A DNA stretch of 62,884 bases, filler included. It is 4 parts of 4 records of this genome, joined end to end, with 100 filler letters (N's around TTAATTAATTAA, not from the genome) between each part and the next. Parts side by side here need not be neighbours in the genome. Positions count along the whole stretch, not along the records: positions 19,971 to 29,865 come from DRR723986_5818; positions 29,966 to 57,519 come from DRR723986_5823; 2 more parts are not named here. One strand, written 5' to 3'. The position numbers were made by a program, and so were the translations under genes. Within the stretch, counting starts at the first letter, position 1. Every line of letters begins with the position of its first letter. Positions 28,432 through 37,756 of this stretch are shown one piece after another. The notes under the pieces are model-generated. The model was not told the origin of the DNA and did not search any database. It saw nothing but the letters and a program-made list of their open reading frames with translations.

Positions 28432-29042
28432 TAAGGTGCTGGAACGTATTGATCTGCTTTATTTTCGCCTTTGGGGGCTGTGGGAGCAGTGTTCCACCTT
28501 TGTTAGAGGCGACGCGTGAGATAGTGTCTGATGCTGGGGCGTTGGACACTTATGGCTCTCTCCTACCAGAGACAAATGATGAGCTTTTAGCTCAGTTTGA
28601 TTTTCCGATCCTTTATGTTGACGTCCCAAGCTTGCGAGATGAGACTTTCATGCGGCCGTTTGAAAAAAATGGAGAGGTAGAGACATGGATGGGGCCGCGG
28701 GGAAAAACTTTAAGTATTGTTGATGGGGTGGTCCGCGCAACGAGGGGGTATGGGCATGATCTTGCAGCTTCCGAAAGACCAAAATTATCCGCAATTCTTT
28801 CTGCTGCGCGGAGTGAGAAGCGATATAGTATCATTTATCGGCATTGGGATGACGAGGAGGAGTTGATTACTAGAAATGGATATTGTGACCCGCGCGAAAC
28901 TCCAGCTGGCTTTGAGGAACACTGTTTCCTTGGTGAATTACAGTTCACTAACAGTTATGAACTTGGGTCTAACGGTATAAGAGTATCCCAGCAGTGGATA
29001 AGTCCAAAGCGAGGCTATCTGCGAACAACCCGTCTTAAATAG
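28428..29042 (+). CDS. yjbF: YjbF/GfcB family lipoprotein
   Basis: Lipobox FAFGG-C; ETWMG, GVVRATRGYGHDL, SQQWISP; TTG start overlapping the yjbH TGA. Confidence 0.85.
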   Translation: MIRCWNVLICFIFAFGGCGSSVPPLLEATREIVSDAGALDTYGSLLPETNDELLAQFDFPILYVDVPSLRDETFMRPFEKNGEVETWMGPRGKTLSIVDGVVRATRGYGHDLAASERPKLSAILSAARSEKRYSIIYRHWDDEEELITRNGYCDPRETPAGFEEHCFLGELQFTNSYELGSNGIRVSQQWISPKRGYLRTTRLK

Positions 29043-29151
29043 TTACTGTCTATTGAAAAAGTTTGTTGAGATAGCCAGCGCCTAAAGCGGCCTATAAATG
29101 TTGGCACGAAGGCATAGGTTCTGGCCTGTCCGAAATGATGGGAACACGTTA

Positions 29152-29481
29152 CTACAGCCGTCGATAAGCAAAGCCGCACGCAACCCCCAACAGAGCCCCG
29201 ATTGTGTCAGCTACCCAGTCGTTAAACTCTGAACTGCGGTTAAAGCTGGGCTGTATGATCTCAATGAAACCACCAAAAGCACTTGTGCATAGAAACACTG
29301 ATAACAATCCGAAGCGTCCCGAAATAGCGAATGGCAACGCGAGGACGGCGAATACCAAAAGGTGTACCAACTTGTCACTGCCCTCTGGGGTAGGTGGTAG
29401 AGCGGTGAGTGGCCACAGCATCGAAGCGATAAGAGCTGCTGCAAATATAATCGTTATGTGGATGTCCAAATATTTTTGCAT
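29152..29481 (-). CDS. VanZ family membrane protein
   Basis: DKLVHLLVF, IEIIQP..NR, DWVADTIG. Confidence 0.85.
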   Translation of the reverse strand: MQKYLDIHITIIFAAALIASMLWPLTALPPTPEGSDKLVHLLVFAVLALPFAISGRFGLLSVFLCTSAFGGFIEIIQPSFNRSSEFNDWVADTIGALLGVACGFAYRRL

Positions 29482-29865
29482 GAACTGGTATTAGTGTTAA
29501 ATGTGTCCTGTGACGCGGTTATAGATATCTATCTTGAGCTCCACTGGGAGTGCCGCGATTTTTAGGGTTGCGTATCAGTAAAATTTAGGTGGCTTTCAAT
29601 CTCTGCACCGGCGGCATTGCTCGGATCCCTATCTTTTGTCTTTCGTTGTTGTATGTCCCGAGCCATCGTGCTGTGTTATTCTGCACATCTTTGGTACGTT
29701 CGAAGTTATACCGCCCCAACCATTCTGTGTGAACTTTCCGGTTGCAGGGTGATGCCCCCACATTAGGAGCCCCGGTCGCATGCGCCGTTGTTTTTGAGCC
29801 GCGCCACCCTCCCTACGAAAGGGCAAGCCTAGCGACGAAACCGCGTAATCAGCCGGGGCGCCAGC

Positions 29866-29965
29866 NNNNNNNNNNNNNNNNNNNNNNNNNNNNNNNNNNN
29901 NNNNNNNNNTTAATTAATTAANNNNNNNNNNNNNNNNNNNNNNNNNNNNNNNNNNNNNNNNNNNN
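29866..29965. other. Artificial contig linker
   Basis: N44-TTAATTAATTAA-N44. Confidence 0.99.
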
Positions 29966-29981
29966 CTTAGGGCTCGACCCG
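29966..29981. repeat. Truncated copy of the CGGGTCGAGCCC-TTA-GGGCTCGACCCG palindrome
   Basis: CTTAGGGCTCGACCCG is identical to 35308-35323; the contig starts within it. Confidence 0.75.
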
Positions 29982-30357
29982 GGTGTCTTGAAGACCAAAA
30001 TCCCGAGATTTTCAGATAACAACTATCCAATAAATCCACAAATCCCCAGACTCTGATTCTTCCAGTCAAAATTCAGTCTCCGCAACCCACAGACTGCAGC
30101 CTCCGGTCGCAAGCAATTGAGACTCCACACCGTGAGACTAGAGTCGAAAGCCGGCAACTGCGCCTCGATCAAACGCGCTGCCGCCAGTTTGAACGACCCA
30201 ATCTTACCCATACCGTTCCTTTTTCCCCGCCACCAATTCATCACAACATTCCAACTCAAAGTCGCGTCAATACTGGATCTGGAACCCGCCATCTTATCAC
30301 AAATTGGCATTCGTCAAATTGCCGATATACACAATAATTGAAAAATTGTAGCTACGC

Positions 30358-30415
30358 GACTAACAAGAAGAAAAAGCAAGCCACACAAATGCAATGCAGG
30401 TGGGGCGAAGCGCGC
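30358..30415 (-). repeat. Dispersed hairpin repeat, degenerate copy A
   Basis: Minus strand CCTGCATTGCATTTGTGTGGCTTGCTTTTTCTTCTTGTTAGTC matches the copy at 42454. Confidence 0.6.
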
Positions 30416-30587
30416 TTGTTGTAGCCTGACAAAACGCCCCGACAAAAACGAATTGCGCAAACGTATTGATGGACGGACAGCAAACCCTCCGGGACTTCAA
30501 TTTCCTGCAGACAAGCACCGTAGCATTGCTGCCAATAGCCTCTACATTTTTGCAGCGCATTCAACTCTACCCTGCTGGACCTACGCA

Positions 30588-33500
30588 ATGAGTCAATCAT
30601 CACAAGCATCACATTTTAAACGACAGCTGGTAAGTGTCCTGCTTTTGTGTTTAACATGTAGTGCCAATGTAATTGCCGCCCAAATAGAATGGAAAAATGC
30701 CGTTGATGGTAACTGGAGTGATGCCGCCAATTGGACCGGTGGTGCCGTGCCGGGAATCAATGACGACGTCTGCATTAGCACTGGTGGAACCTACGCCGTG
30801 TTTATGGATCAGGATGTTACAATTCGTTCGCTTAAAGTTGGCGGGACAACTGGCAGTCAATGCCTGCTGATCACCAGCCAGACGCTGAGCCTGAGCCTGA
30901 AGTCTACAATCGCTTCGCTTGGAAAAATTGAACTGAATGCCGCGACGCTCTCAGGCAATGGTGCGCTCGAAAATCGCGGCAATCTATTGCTGCGCAGCGC
31001 AACTGTAACACAAGACTTGTTTAATTTTTCAACGCTCCAGGTGCGTAACGATGCCGCGCCCGCCACAGTTGTTAACGGCGAAATTGTTAACGCTACAGCC
31101 GCAAGTCTGGATATTTTGGGTGGGACGGCATTTGACACAAAACTCAAGGTGCATCAGGCACAGAATTTTGGCAAAATCACGCTCGGCAGTTCAGGCGGTA
31201 AGAATGCACTTCTGCAGTACTTTGGCGGAGCCGGACAGCTGTTTGTTAATGCGACTTCTGCAACGATTTGCACCGTGACAGGCGCGGGCGGCCTGCGCTG
31301 CATTGAAGGTGGCGTCGATAGCCGCTTCCGGAACTTTGGTCATATAGAGATTTGCACGACCTCCAAAATCCGCTATGACGGTGAGTTTGAAAACAAAGGG
31401 CTGATTGAATGCAGCAAGTCCAGCGTAACCATTGAAAGCCTGCGGCCGATTAACACATTTGGGAATGCAGGCGACATTCGCGTTAAAGACAGCAGCGAAA
31501 TCAACTTTGACAATGGACACTTTGAACCGCGCAGCGGGGGACGCCTGCTCGGTTTGGGCAAACTTAACTTTCAGGATATCACCGTCCGCAACGGCGAATT
31601 TCTGCTGAATGACCCTTCCGCCTGTTTTGCGGGTTTAACACGCTTTGAAAACTCATGCTCAATTAACAACTCCGGTCGGATGCAGTTTAGAGGCTCATGT
31701 ACGCTGGACGCGGCAATTGTTAACCAAAAAGATGCTTTGATGCATTTTAGAACCGTAGCGGGAACACCGGCGGCATTTGCGTTTACCGGTGACATTGAAA
31801 ACTTTGGTGATATGCAGTGGGGTAGTGACGATCAATCAGATTCGGCGTCGAGTACCAGTAGTTACAACAATGTCCATTTTGAAAACAGCGGAAAATTGAT
31901 CCTGTGTGGTCCCGATAACTCGGCTGCGTCGACACGCACCTTTATCATGACAAATGACTGCATATTTGAAAATACGGGGACGGTAGACTGCTGCCGACAA
32001 ACGATATTTAACTGTTTTGCCTTTGATTCGCGCTTTAACAGCGAAGATGGAATGTTAATGTCGAGCGGTGCAGGTAGTCAAACCACCATTCTTTCCTCAC
32101 TGCAGTTTATGCCGGCCTCCAAAACTATCACCCTTGGTGATATGCAAATAGCCGCAGACGCCAGCATTGCGGTTGTCCAGACCACGCCGGGAGCGCTGGT
32201 AGAAGTTCCGTCGCCCACTACAGAATGCCACAATCTGGGGCAGCTGTTTCTACAGAACTGCGCGCTGAATGTTAAGCCGGAGGGCTACTTTCTGGATGAC
32301 GGGGAAGTCCTGATATCGTCCTGCACAATTGAAAGCGCTATTGAATTCCGCGAATGCAACAGCAGGTTACATAACATCTTCACACGCCCGGGAGCTGATC
32401 TGACCTTCGGTGGCCCGGACAATACAATTAGCGGCACAAACTGTCTGGAGGCTGAGTTTAAGATTCTGGCCGAGTCCAACATGACCATGGGCCCGGATAA
32501 TAACGGTCTGGGCTCGTTTACGCAGTTTAAGGCCGGAGGTCTAAATCTGGGTTGTATTCAGGTTGATGCGCCCGGCAAAAAAACGATTGTTGAAATCCTG
32601 GATGGGCTGTTCGTGAACCAGGGCAAATTTGCAACCAAGTTAGCCAGCGACCTGGAGTTGATAATCAAAGAGTCCGGCAAGTTTAAGAATGATTCGACCG
32701 GCAAGATTGACTTTGGAAGTGCCGGTGGCTCCAGTACCACGGTCAACATGTGCGACAACGCCCTGTTCCAAAACTTGGGCGCCCTCGAAACTCATCGCGT
32801 GGCCGCAAGTGATACTCTGCCAAAGTTTGCCCTAAAAGACAGCGCATTCATATTTAACACTGGCGAAATGGTGATTGTACCGCCATTTAGTGACGACATT
32901 GCAATTGTCCAGGATGTATATGTTGACATACTGCTTATGAACATCAGCAACCTTCTGAACATCGGTAGACTGGAATTTATCGCACAATCAAATGCACTTT
33001 TAAAGGACAAGTATCAGACCGGCAGAAAAACCAGTCTGAAGCTGTTGGACCATGCAAAATTCACCAACTTCGGAGACGTAACAATTGAAGTCCCCCTGGC
33101 CAGTGACTCTGTAAAAGTAAATTTTGGTCCGACGCTCTCCCTGATTGACCTGCGCGACAATGCCTGCCTGCGCAATACCGGCAATATTGAAGTTAAACCG
33201 CAGGAACCACCTTCCGACAGTTTGATCGATACTTATGTGATGATGATTGAACCCGAGACAAATATCATTGGTCTGGAGGATGAGTCCGTGTTTGCCAACG
33301 AAGGGACTGTTAACATGGATCTGTTGACCATTCCGACTGCGGTTCGGCTAGACTTTACGGCCAGTTTTTCTAACAGTGATGAAGTTCGCATCCAGCGCCT
33401 GCTGCATAATGAGCCGACTGTGGTTCTCAAGGATGGCACAACGTTTAACAATAGCGGCGACTTTTTTGTGGAAGAATTCACAAGTGAACTCGATTTCCTG

Positions 33501-34934
33501 GTTCCTTTTGGCGCAAGGGCCTTAACGCCATCGGCTGCGGTGAGCATATTTGACAGTGCCGCGTTTAACAACTCCGGTTTAACGCGCTTAACTGTGCGTC
33601 GCGACTCGCTGCCGGTTATTATGATGCGCGATTCAGCCAGGTGGCGCGGGCCGGGTTCGCTCGAGATATTTGACTCAGAAGATGAAGATGCTCCCGCTGG
33701 TCTTTGGGACGAGTCACCTGCAATTTTGATGCAGGATGCGACCGAATTGACAGTTGAAAAAGGCGGGGCCGTGTTTTATCATGGATTTGCGGATTTGATT
33801 CTGGCAGGCCCTTCCCTGACGCAAACAAAATGCGAAGTTAATTTCTTGGGTCTGCTGAATTGTAATGTTCCAGCCGGTGAGGTGTTAAGGTCTAAGTTCC
33901 TTGACAGCTGCGGGTTAAAGATTAACGAACTCGTGGTGCGCGGTGGCGGTCGCAAAGAATTTGATATTGCACCTGGCGCCGCCTTGACCTATCTGGAGAC
34001 TTCACAGATCGACGTTGATAAGTCGGTCATTGATGTTAAAGGTGTTGATGAAGTTGAACTTTCAAAGTCGGCATTTCTGCGTGGTGAGGGCCGGCATAAA
34101 CTGGCGGATCGTTTAGTTAATCGCGGTGGCTGCGGGCCGGGGCGCTCACCTGGGATATTAACAATCGGCGGTGATTACACGCACGGCACCACGTCTACGC
34201 TGGAGCTTGAGATCGGTGGCACGAGCGCGGGGCTGGGCTACGATCAGTTGGTTGTAAACGGCGAGTTTACCCTTGGCGGAAACTTGAACATTAGTTCCAC
34301 CAACAACTTTGTGCCGGCAGATGCAGATGAGTTTGTGATAATGCGCTACGAGTCTGTTACAGGCGCGTTCAGCACAGTTGCGGGCTTGTTAAATATTGGT
34401 TACAGCTATACGCTGCAGTTTAATGCGACTGAGGCGATTTTAACCGCAAGTGTGGCCAACGCAATTGTGTTTAATATTGACGTATTCTTCCAAGGCTATT
34501 GGACAGGCTCGGCGCATCGGCGTACGCCATTCATGTTGGAGTTACGGGAGGGACCGCAGCTTTCGACTTCTGCACTTGTTGCCAGGTCCGCGGCTTTGCA
34601 CAGCACGGGTGCAACGACGCAGTTTAACATGGCGGGGGTTACGGATGGCGATTATTGGTTAATTGTGCGGCATGGTGGGCATTTGCCCCTGGCCAGTAAT
34701 GTTCGCGTTTCAGTTAGTTCCGGCAGTACTGTTAACTACGACTTCAGCGATACGGCGAATTTGACCGGCGGCGCAGCGTATGTCCGTCCAGTGATTGTTA
34801 ACGGTGTGGCGCGGCAGGCGGCAATGGCGGGTGAGTTAAATGCTGACAATTCAATTAGCGCCAATGATTTTATTCATCAGTTTATTCCCAACTTTGGCGT
34901 GTTTAATCCGGGGCAGGTTCCGGCACTGGATTGA
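30588..34934 (+). CDS. Large secreted beta-helix (autotransporter-passenger-like) protein with dockerin-like C-terminal domain
   Basis: Start reassigned to MSQSSQ (signal peptide ending VIAA-Q); GNWSDAANWTGGAVPG cap; many FxNxG rungs; PGRSPGILTIGGDY...YDQLVV; C-terminal VFFQGY...YWLIVRHGGH...GELNADNSISAND. Confidence 0.8.
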   Translation: MSQSSQASHFKRQLVSVLLLCLTCSANVIAAQIEWKNAVDGNWSDAANWTGGAVPGINDDVCISTGGTYAVFMDQDVTIRSLKVGGTTGSQCLLITSQTLSLSLKSTIASLGKIELNAATLSGNGALENRGNLLLRSATVTQDLFNFSTLQVRNDAAPATVVNGEIVNATAASLDILGGTAFDTKLKVHQAQNFGKITLGSSGGKNALLQYFGGAGQLFVNATSATICTVTGAGGLRCIEGGVDSRFRNFGHIEICTTSKIRYDGEFENKGLIECSKSSVTIESLRPINTFGNAGDIRVKDSSEINFDNGHFEPRSGGRLLGLGKLNFQDITVRNGEFLLNDPSACFAGLTRFENSCSINNSGRMQFRGSCTLDAAIVNQKDALMHFRTVAGTPAAFAFTGDIENFGDMQWGSDDQSDSASSTSSYNNVHFENSGKLILCGPDNSAASTRTFIMTNDCIFENTGTVDCCRQTIFNCFAFDSRFNSEDGMLMSSGAGSQTTILSSLQFMPASKTITLGDMQIAADASIAVVQTTPGALVEVPSPTTECHNLGQLFLQNCALNVKPEGYFLDDGEVLISSCTIESAIEFRECNSRLHNIFTRPGADLTFGGPDNTISGTNCLEAEFKILAESNMTMGPDNNGLGSFTQFKAGGLNLGCIQVDAPGKKTIVEILDGLFVNQGKFATKLASDLELIIKESGKFKNDSTGKIDFGSAGGSSTTVNMCDNALFQNLGALETHRVAASDTLPKFALKDSAFIFNTGEMVIVPPFSDDIAIVQDVYVDILLMNISNLLNIGRLEFIAQSNALLKDKYQTGRKTSLKLLDHAKFTNFGDVTIEVPLASDSVKVNFGPTLSLIDLRDNACLRNTGNIEVKPQEPPSDSLIDTYVMMIEPETNIIGLEDESVFANEGTVNMDLLTIPTAVRLDFTASFSNSDEVRIQRLLHNEPTVVLKDGTTFNNSGDFFVEEFTSELDFLVPFGARALTPSAAVSIFDSAAFNNSGLTRLTVRRDSLPVIMMRDSARWRGPGSLEIFDSEDEDAPAGLWDESPAILMQDATELTVEKGGAVFYHGFADLILAGPSLTQTKCEVNFLGLLNCNVPAGEVLRSKFLDSCGLKINELVVRGGGRKEFDIAPGAALTYLETSQIDVDKSVIDVKGVDEVELSKSAFLRGEGRHKLADRLVNRGGCGPGRSPGILTIGGDYTHGTTSTLELEIGGTSAGLGYDQLVVNGEFTLGGNLNISSTNNFVPADADEFVIMRYESVTGAFSTVAGLLNIGYSYTLQFNATEAILTASVANAIVFNIDVFFQGYWTGSAHRRTPFMLELREGPQLSTSALVARSAALHSTGATTQFNMAGVTDGDYWLIVRHGGHLPLASNVRVSVSSGSTVNYDFSDTANLTGGAAYVRPVIVNGVARQAAMAGELNADNSISANDFIHQFIPNFGVFNPGQVPALD

Positions 34935-34991
34935 TTGCCGAATTGACGCTTGGAGTTTAACAAATTTGTGGCCTCGATTTCTGAGGCGCTT

Positions 34992-35039
34992 TGAGGCCTG
35001 CACAGGTTTGGCCTCAGGCTTCTTGATTTTCTTGTTAGT
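34992..35039 (+). repeat. Dispersed hairpin repeat, variant copy B (terminator position)
   Basis: TGAGGCC/GGCCTCA stem followed by GGCTTCTTGATTTTCTTGTTAGT tail, about 60 nt after the stop. Confidence 0.5.
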
Positions 35040-35296
35040 TGTTGATTCATCAGCTGCAAGTCTCTGAGTCAAAATGCTTTTGACTCAAGACATGTGTGGA
35101 GTCGTAAAAATAAGAAACGACTTGCAGTCTGTTATGCCGAGTTTTGAGCTTGTGCGCCGAATTGGATTCAAATATTGAGAAAAAAATGATTCTGTCGGGA
35201 AACAAGCTAAAAAGCGTCAGCGCTACTGAATTGTTGATGAGCGGGCTGAAAATCGTGTTAAAGGCTTGAAAATTTTAGAATCTAATTTTTTGAATA

Positions 35297-35323
35297 CGGG
35301 TCGAGCCCTTAGGGCTCGACCCG
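35297..35323. repeat. Perfect 12-bp-arm palindrome (REP-like)
   Basis: CGGGTCGAGCCC-TTA-GGGCTCGACCCG; second partial copy at 29966. Confidence 0.8.
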
Positions 35324-35596
35324 CTGCATTTTTTGAAAATTTCGCCCTCTTGCCCTCAGAATAATCCACTATTTCCCCATCTATGTTACAGGCCTCTAAG
35401 ACCCCGCTCCTCCGCACTCACCGGCCCCAGACAGCATAACTCCAGCCGCTGAGCATCCGCCGGCAAAGTCTGCGGCTGGTCCAAAAACTCCAAGTCTCAA
35501 GCCTCTGAGACCCGGCGGCGGGCTGCCGCCTCACAGTCTTTTGAACTCAAAGACAAAAAGACTTGAGACTCAAAGACCTGGGGCTTTTGACCCGCT

Positions 35597-35648
35597 GACT
35601 AACAAGAGCTCAAACAAGGAAGCTGACCGGGAGGCAGCGAACCGCTCA
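35597..35648 (-). repeat. Dispersed hairpin repeat, degenerate copy C
   Basis: Minus strand GCTG-cctcccggt-CAGC-TTCCTTGTTTGAGCTCTTGTTAGTC. Confidence 0.5.
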
Positions 35649-35764
35649 GAAAATCAGTCACCGGTCAATTCCAGCCATAAGACCAATGCTACGATCATTC
35701 AAAGATTAGTACCGTTATTGCAATATGCCTGTGCATTTTGAAGATTACAGCCACAGAGTTCGCG

Positions 35765-35808
35765 CAATCAGTCGCCAATAATTCGCCAATCAGTCGCCGA
35801 TAATTCGC
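35765..35808. repeat. 4 x 11-bp (2 x 22-bp) tandem repeat
   Basis: CAATCAGTCGC CAATAATTCGC CAATCAGTCGC CGATAATTCGC. Confidence 0.8.
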
Positions 35809-36099
35809 GACAGAATTGCACCTGAAGCGTTCCTTGATGTGTTGCATCCCTGAGAAAACAGCTTTTGCGCGATTCCAGCCTGCCAATAGCGCAGCTGAAA
35901 CGGGCGCAGCGTGTGACCAACATCTTGCATGGAGAGCTGTAACTAAGCCACAGGGACCGGATTATTTCGTGAAGAGAAGGCCAGATCCGGCAGAAACCTA
36001 AAATCGCCCTAGGTGCTTGATTGGCGTTGATTTTGGGTGCATCTTCCGGTTTGGTGTACGAAAAGGATATCCTTCCAATTCCAAGCAGAAGGACCACTA

Positions 36100-37716
36100 A
36101 TGGATCGCCGTGATTTTTTACGGATGACAACGAGCGGCAGTAGCTTCCGCGCCAGCTCGGGACGTGATTTTGATGACAGGCAAGGGGTGACGGCCGGGCT
36201 GGAAGAACAGCCTGGGACGCTTTCGCGCGCAGATGCGCTGCACCTCCTGCGCCGCTTTACCTTTGGGCCTACACATGAATTGCTGGCTCAGATAGAGGGT
36301 AAAACGGTGGGTGAAGCCGTGGACCTTTTGCTGGGGCCGGTGTATGATCCCGACACAAATCCCGAGACAATGCCGGAAGCGCCGGGAGCCTGGGTGGATG
36401 ATTCGGACGAAGATCCGAACGAAGCCGACATCATTACGCGCAACCAGATTGAGGGCCGCTGGGAGAATCAGCACGGCAACCTGCGCCAGTGGTGGGTCAA
36501 TCAAATGCAGGTGGAAGAGCTGCCCGCGCGCGAGAAAATGACGCTGTTCTGGAGCGGCCACTTTACAACGGAATTCACTTTTGACGATTCGTATTCGGTG
36601 CCGCAGTTGCTGTACCGCCAGAATCAAATGCTGCGGCGTTCGCGGCTGGGGGATCTGAAGCGCTTTGTTGAAGACGTCACGCTCGACGGCGCGATGTTGG
36701 CCTATCTGGGCGGCGAACTTAACATTAAGGGCAACCCGAACGAAAATTATGCACGTGAGCTGCTTGAGCTTTACACTACCGGCCTGGGCTGGTATTCGGA
36801 AGCTGAAGTGCAGGCGGCGGCGCGCGTGTTAACCGGCTGGAAAGCATCCAAGTTCAACTCGGCACCGGCGCCGCGTGGCCAGTTTAACTCCTATTTTATT
36901 CCAGGTGACCACGATATTTCGGCCAAGGAGATGCTCGGTGGAATAATTGCGGCACGTGATGAAGACTTTAACACTGAAGTGCTGGTACGCCGCGACGAGA
37001 TTCGCGGTTTAATAAATCTGATCTTTGCGCTGGAACGCAATGACGGCGAACAACACGCCGTAGGACGTTTCATAGGTGAGAAACTTTACCACTACTTCAT
37101 TTACAGTAAACCGCTGGCTCCGCCTGAAGACTTTATGTTGCAGCTGCAGCAGCGATTTATTGACAGCCAATTTGACATGCGTACCGTAATGGGTGCCATC
37201 CTGCGCAGTGCGCATTTTTATGAGCCGGTTAATCGCGGTGTGCAAATTAAAACACCTGCGGAATATATGATCGGTTTTGCGCGCCAGATGGGTGTGGCGA
37301 CCGTCGATGCCGCCGCGGCAATGGCGAACGTGGAGCAGGATCTGTTCGATCCGCGTGACGTGTCCGGCTGGGATGGCTACCGCGCCTGGATCAGCACTAA
37401 AACCTATCCGCTGCGGGCGGCTTTTGCACGCGAATTGATTCGCGGCATTCCCGACTTTGTGCTGGCGGAATGGGCCAAGAAGTTTACAGACTTTGAGGAT
37501 GCGGACTTGTTAACAAGTGCAGTTGAAGAGTTCCTGCTGCCGCGCCCGGTATCTCCCGAGCGCCACGCCGCTTACGTTGATGCGCTGTTAACCGGCGATA
37601 CCAAAGACTACGAATGGCCTGAAATTATTCTGGATGCCGACCCAGCCAGCGCAGCGCTGCGCCTGCGTTCGCTCCTGACCGCAATTTCGCGCGCGCCCGA
37701 CTTCCACTTGTGTTAA
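36100..37716 (+). CDS. DUF1800 family protein
   Basis: HLLRRFTFGP, REKMTLFWSGHF, AMLAYL, PNENYARELLELYTTG, YSEAEVQAAARVLTGW, KTPAE; start MDRRDFLRM with AGAAGGA RBS. Confidence 0.92.
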   Translation: MDRRDFLRMTTSGSSFRASSGRDFDDRQGVTAGLEEQPGTLSRADALHLLRRFTFGPTHELLAQIEGKTVGEAVDLLLGPVYDPDTNPETMPEAPGAWVDDSDEDPNEADIITRNQIEGRWENQHGNLRQWWVNQMQVEELPAREKMTLFWSGHFTTEFTFDDSYSVPQLLYRQNQMLRRSRLGDLKRFVEDVTLDGAMLAYLGGELNIKGNPNENYARELLELYTTGLGWYSEAEVQAAARVLTGWKASKFNSAPAPRGQFNSYFIPGDHDISAKEMLGGIIAARDEDFNTEVLVRRDEIRGLINLIFALERNDGEQHAVGRFIGEKLYHYFIYSKPLAPPEDFMLQLQQRFIDSQFDMRTVMGAILRSAHFYEPVNRGVQIKTPAEYMIGFARQMGVATVDAAAAMANVEQDLFDPRDVSGWDGYRAWISTKTYPLRAAFARELIRGIPDFVLAEWAKKFTDFEDADLLTSAVEEFLLPRPVSPERHAAYVDALLTGDTKDYEWPEIILDADPASAALRLRSLLTAISRAPDFHLC

Positions 37717-37756
37717 TTGTGCAAATTCCCAGAAAAGTAGAATTTCAGGATTTCCC

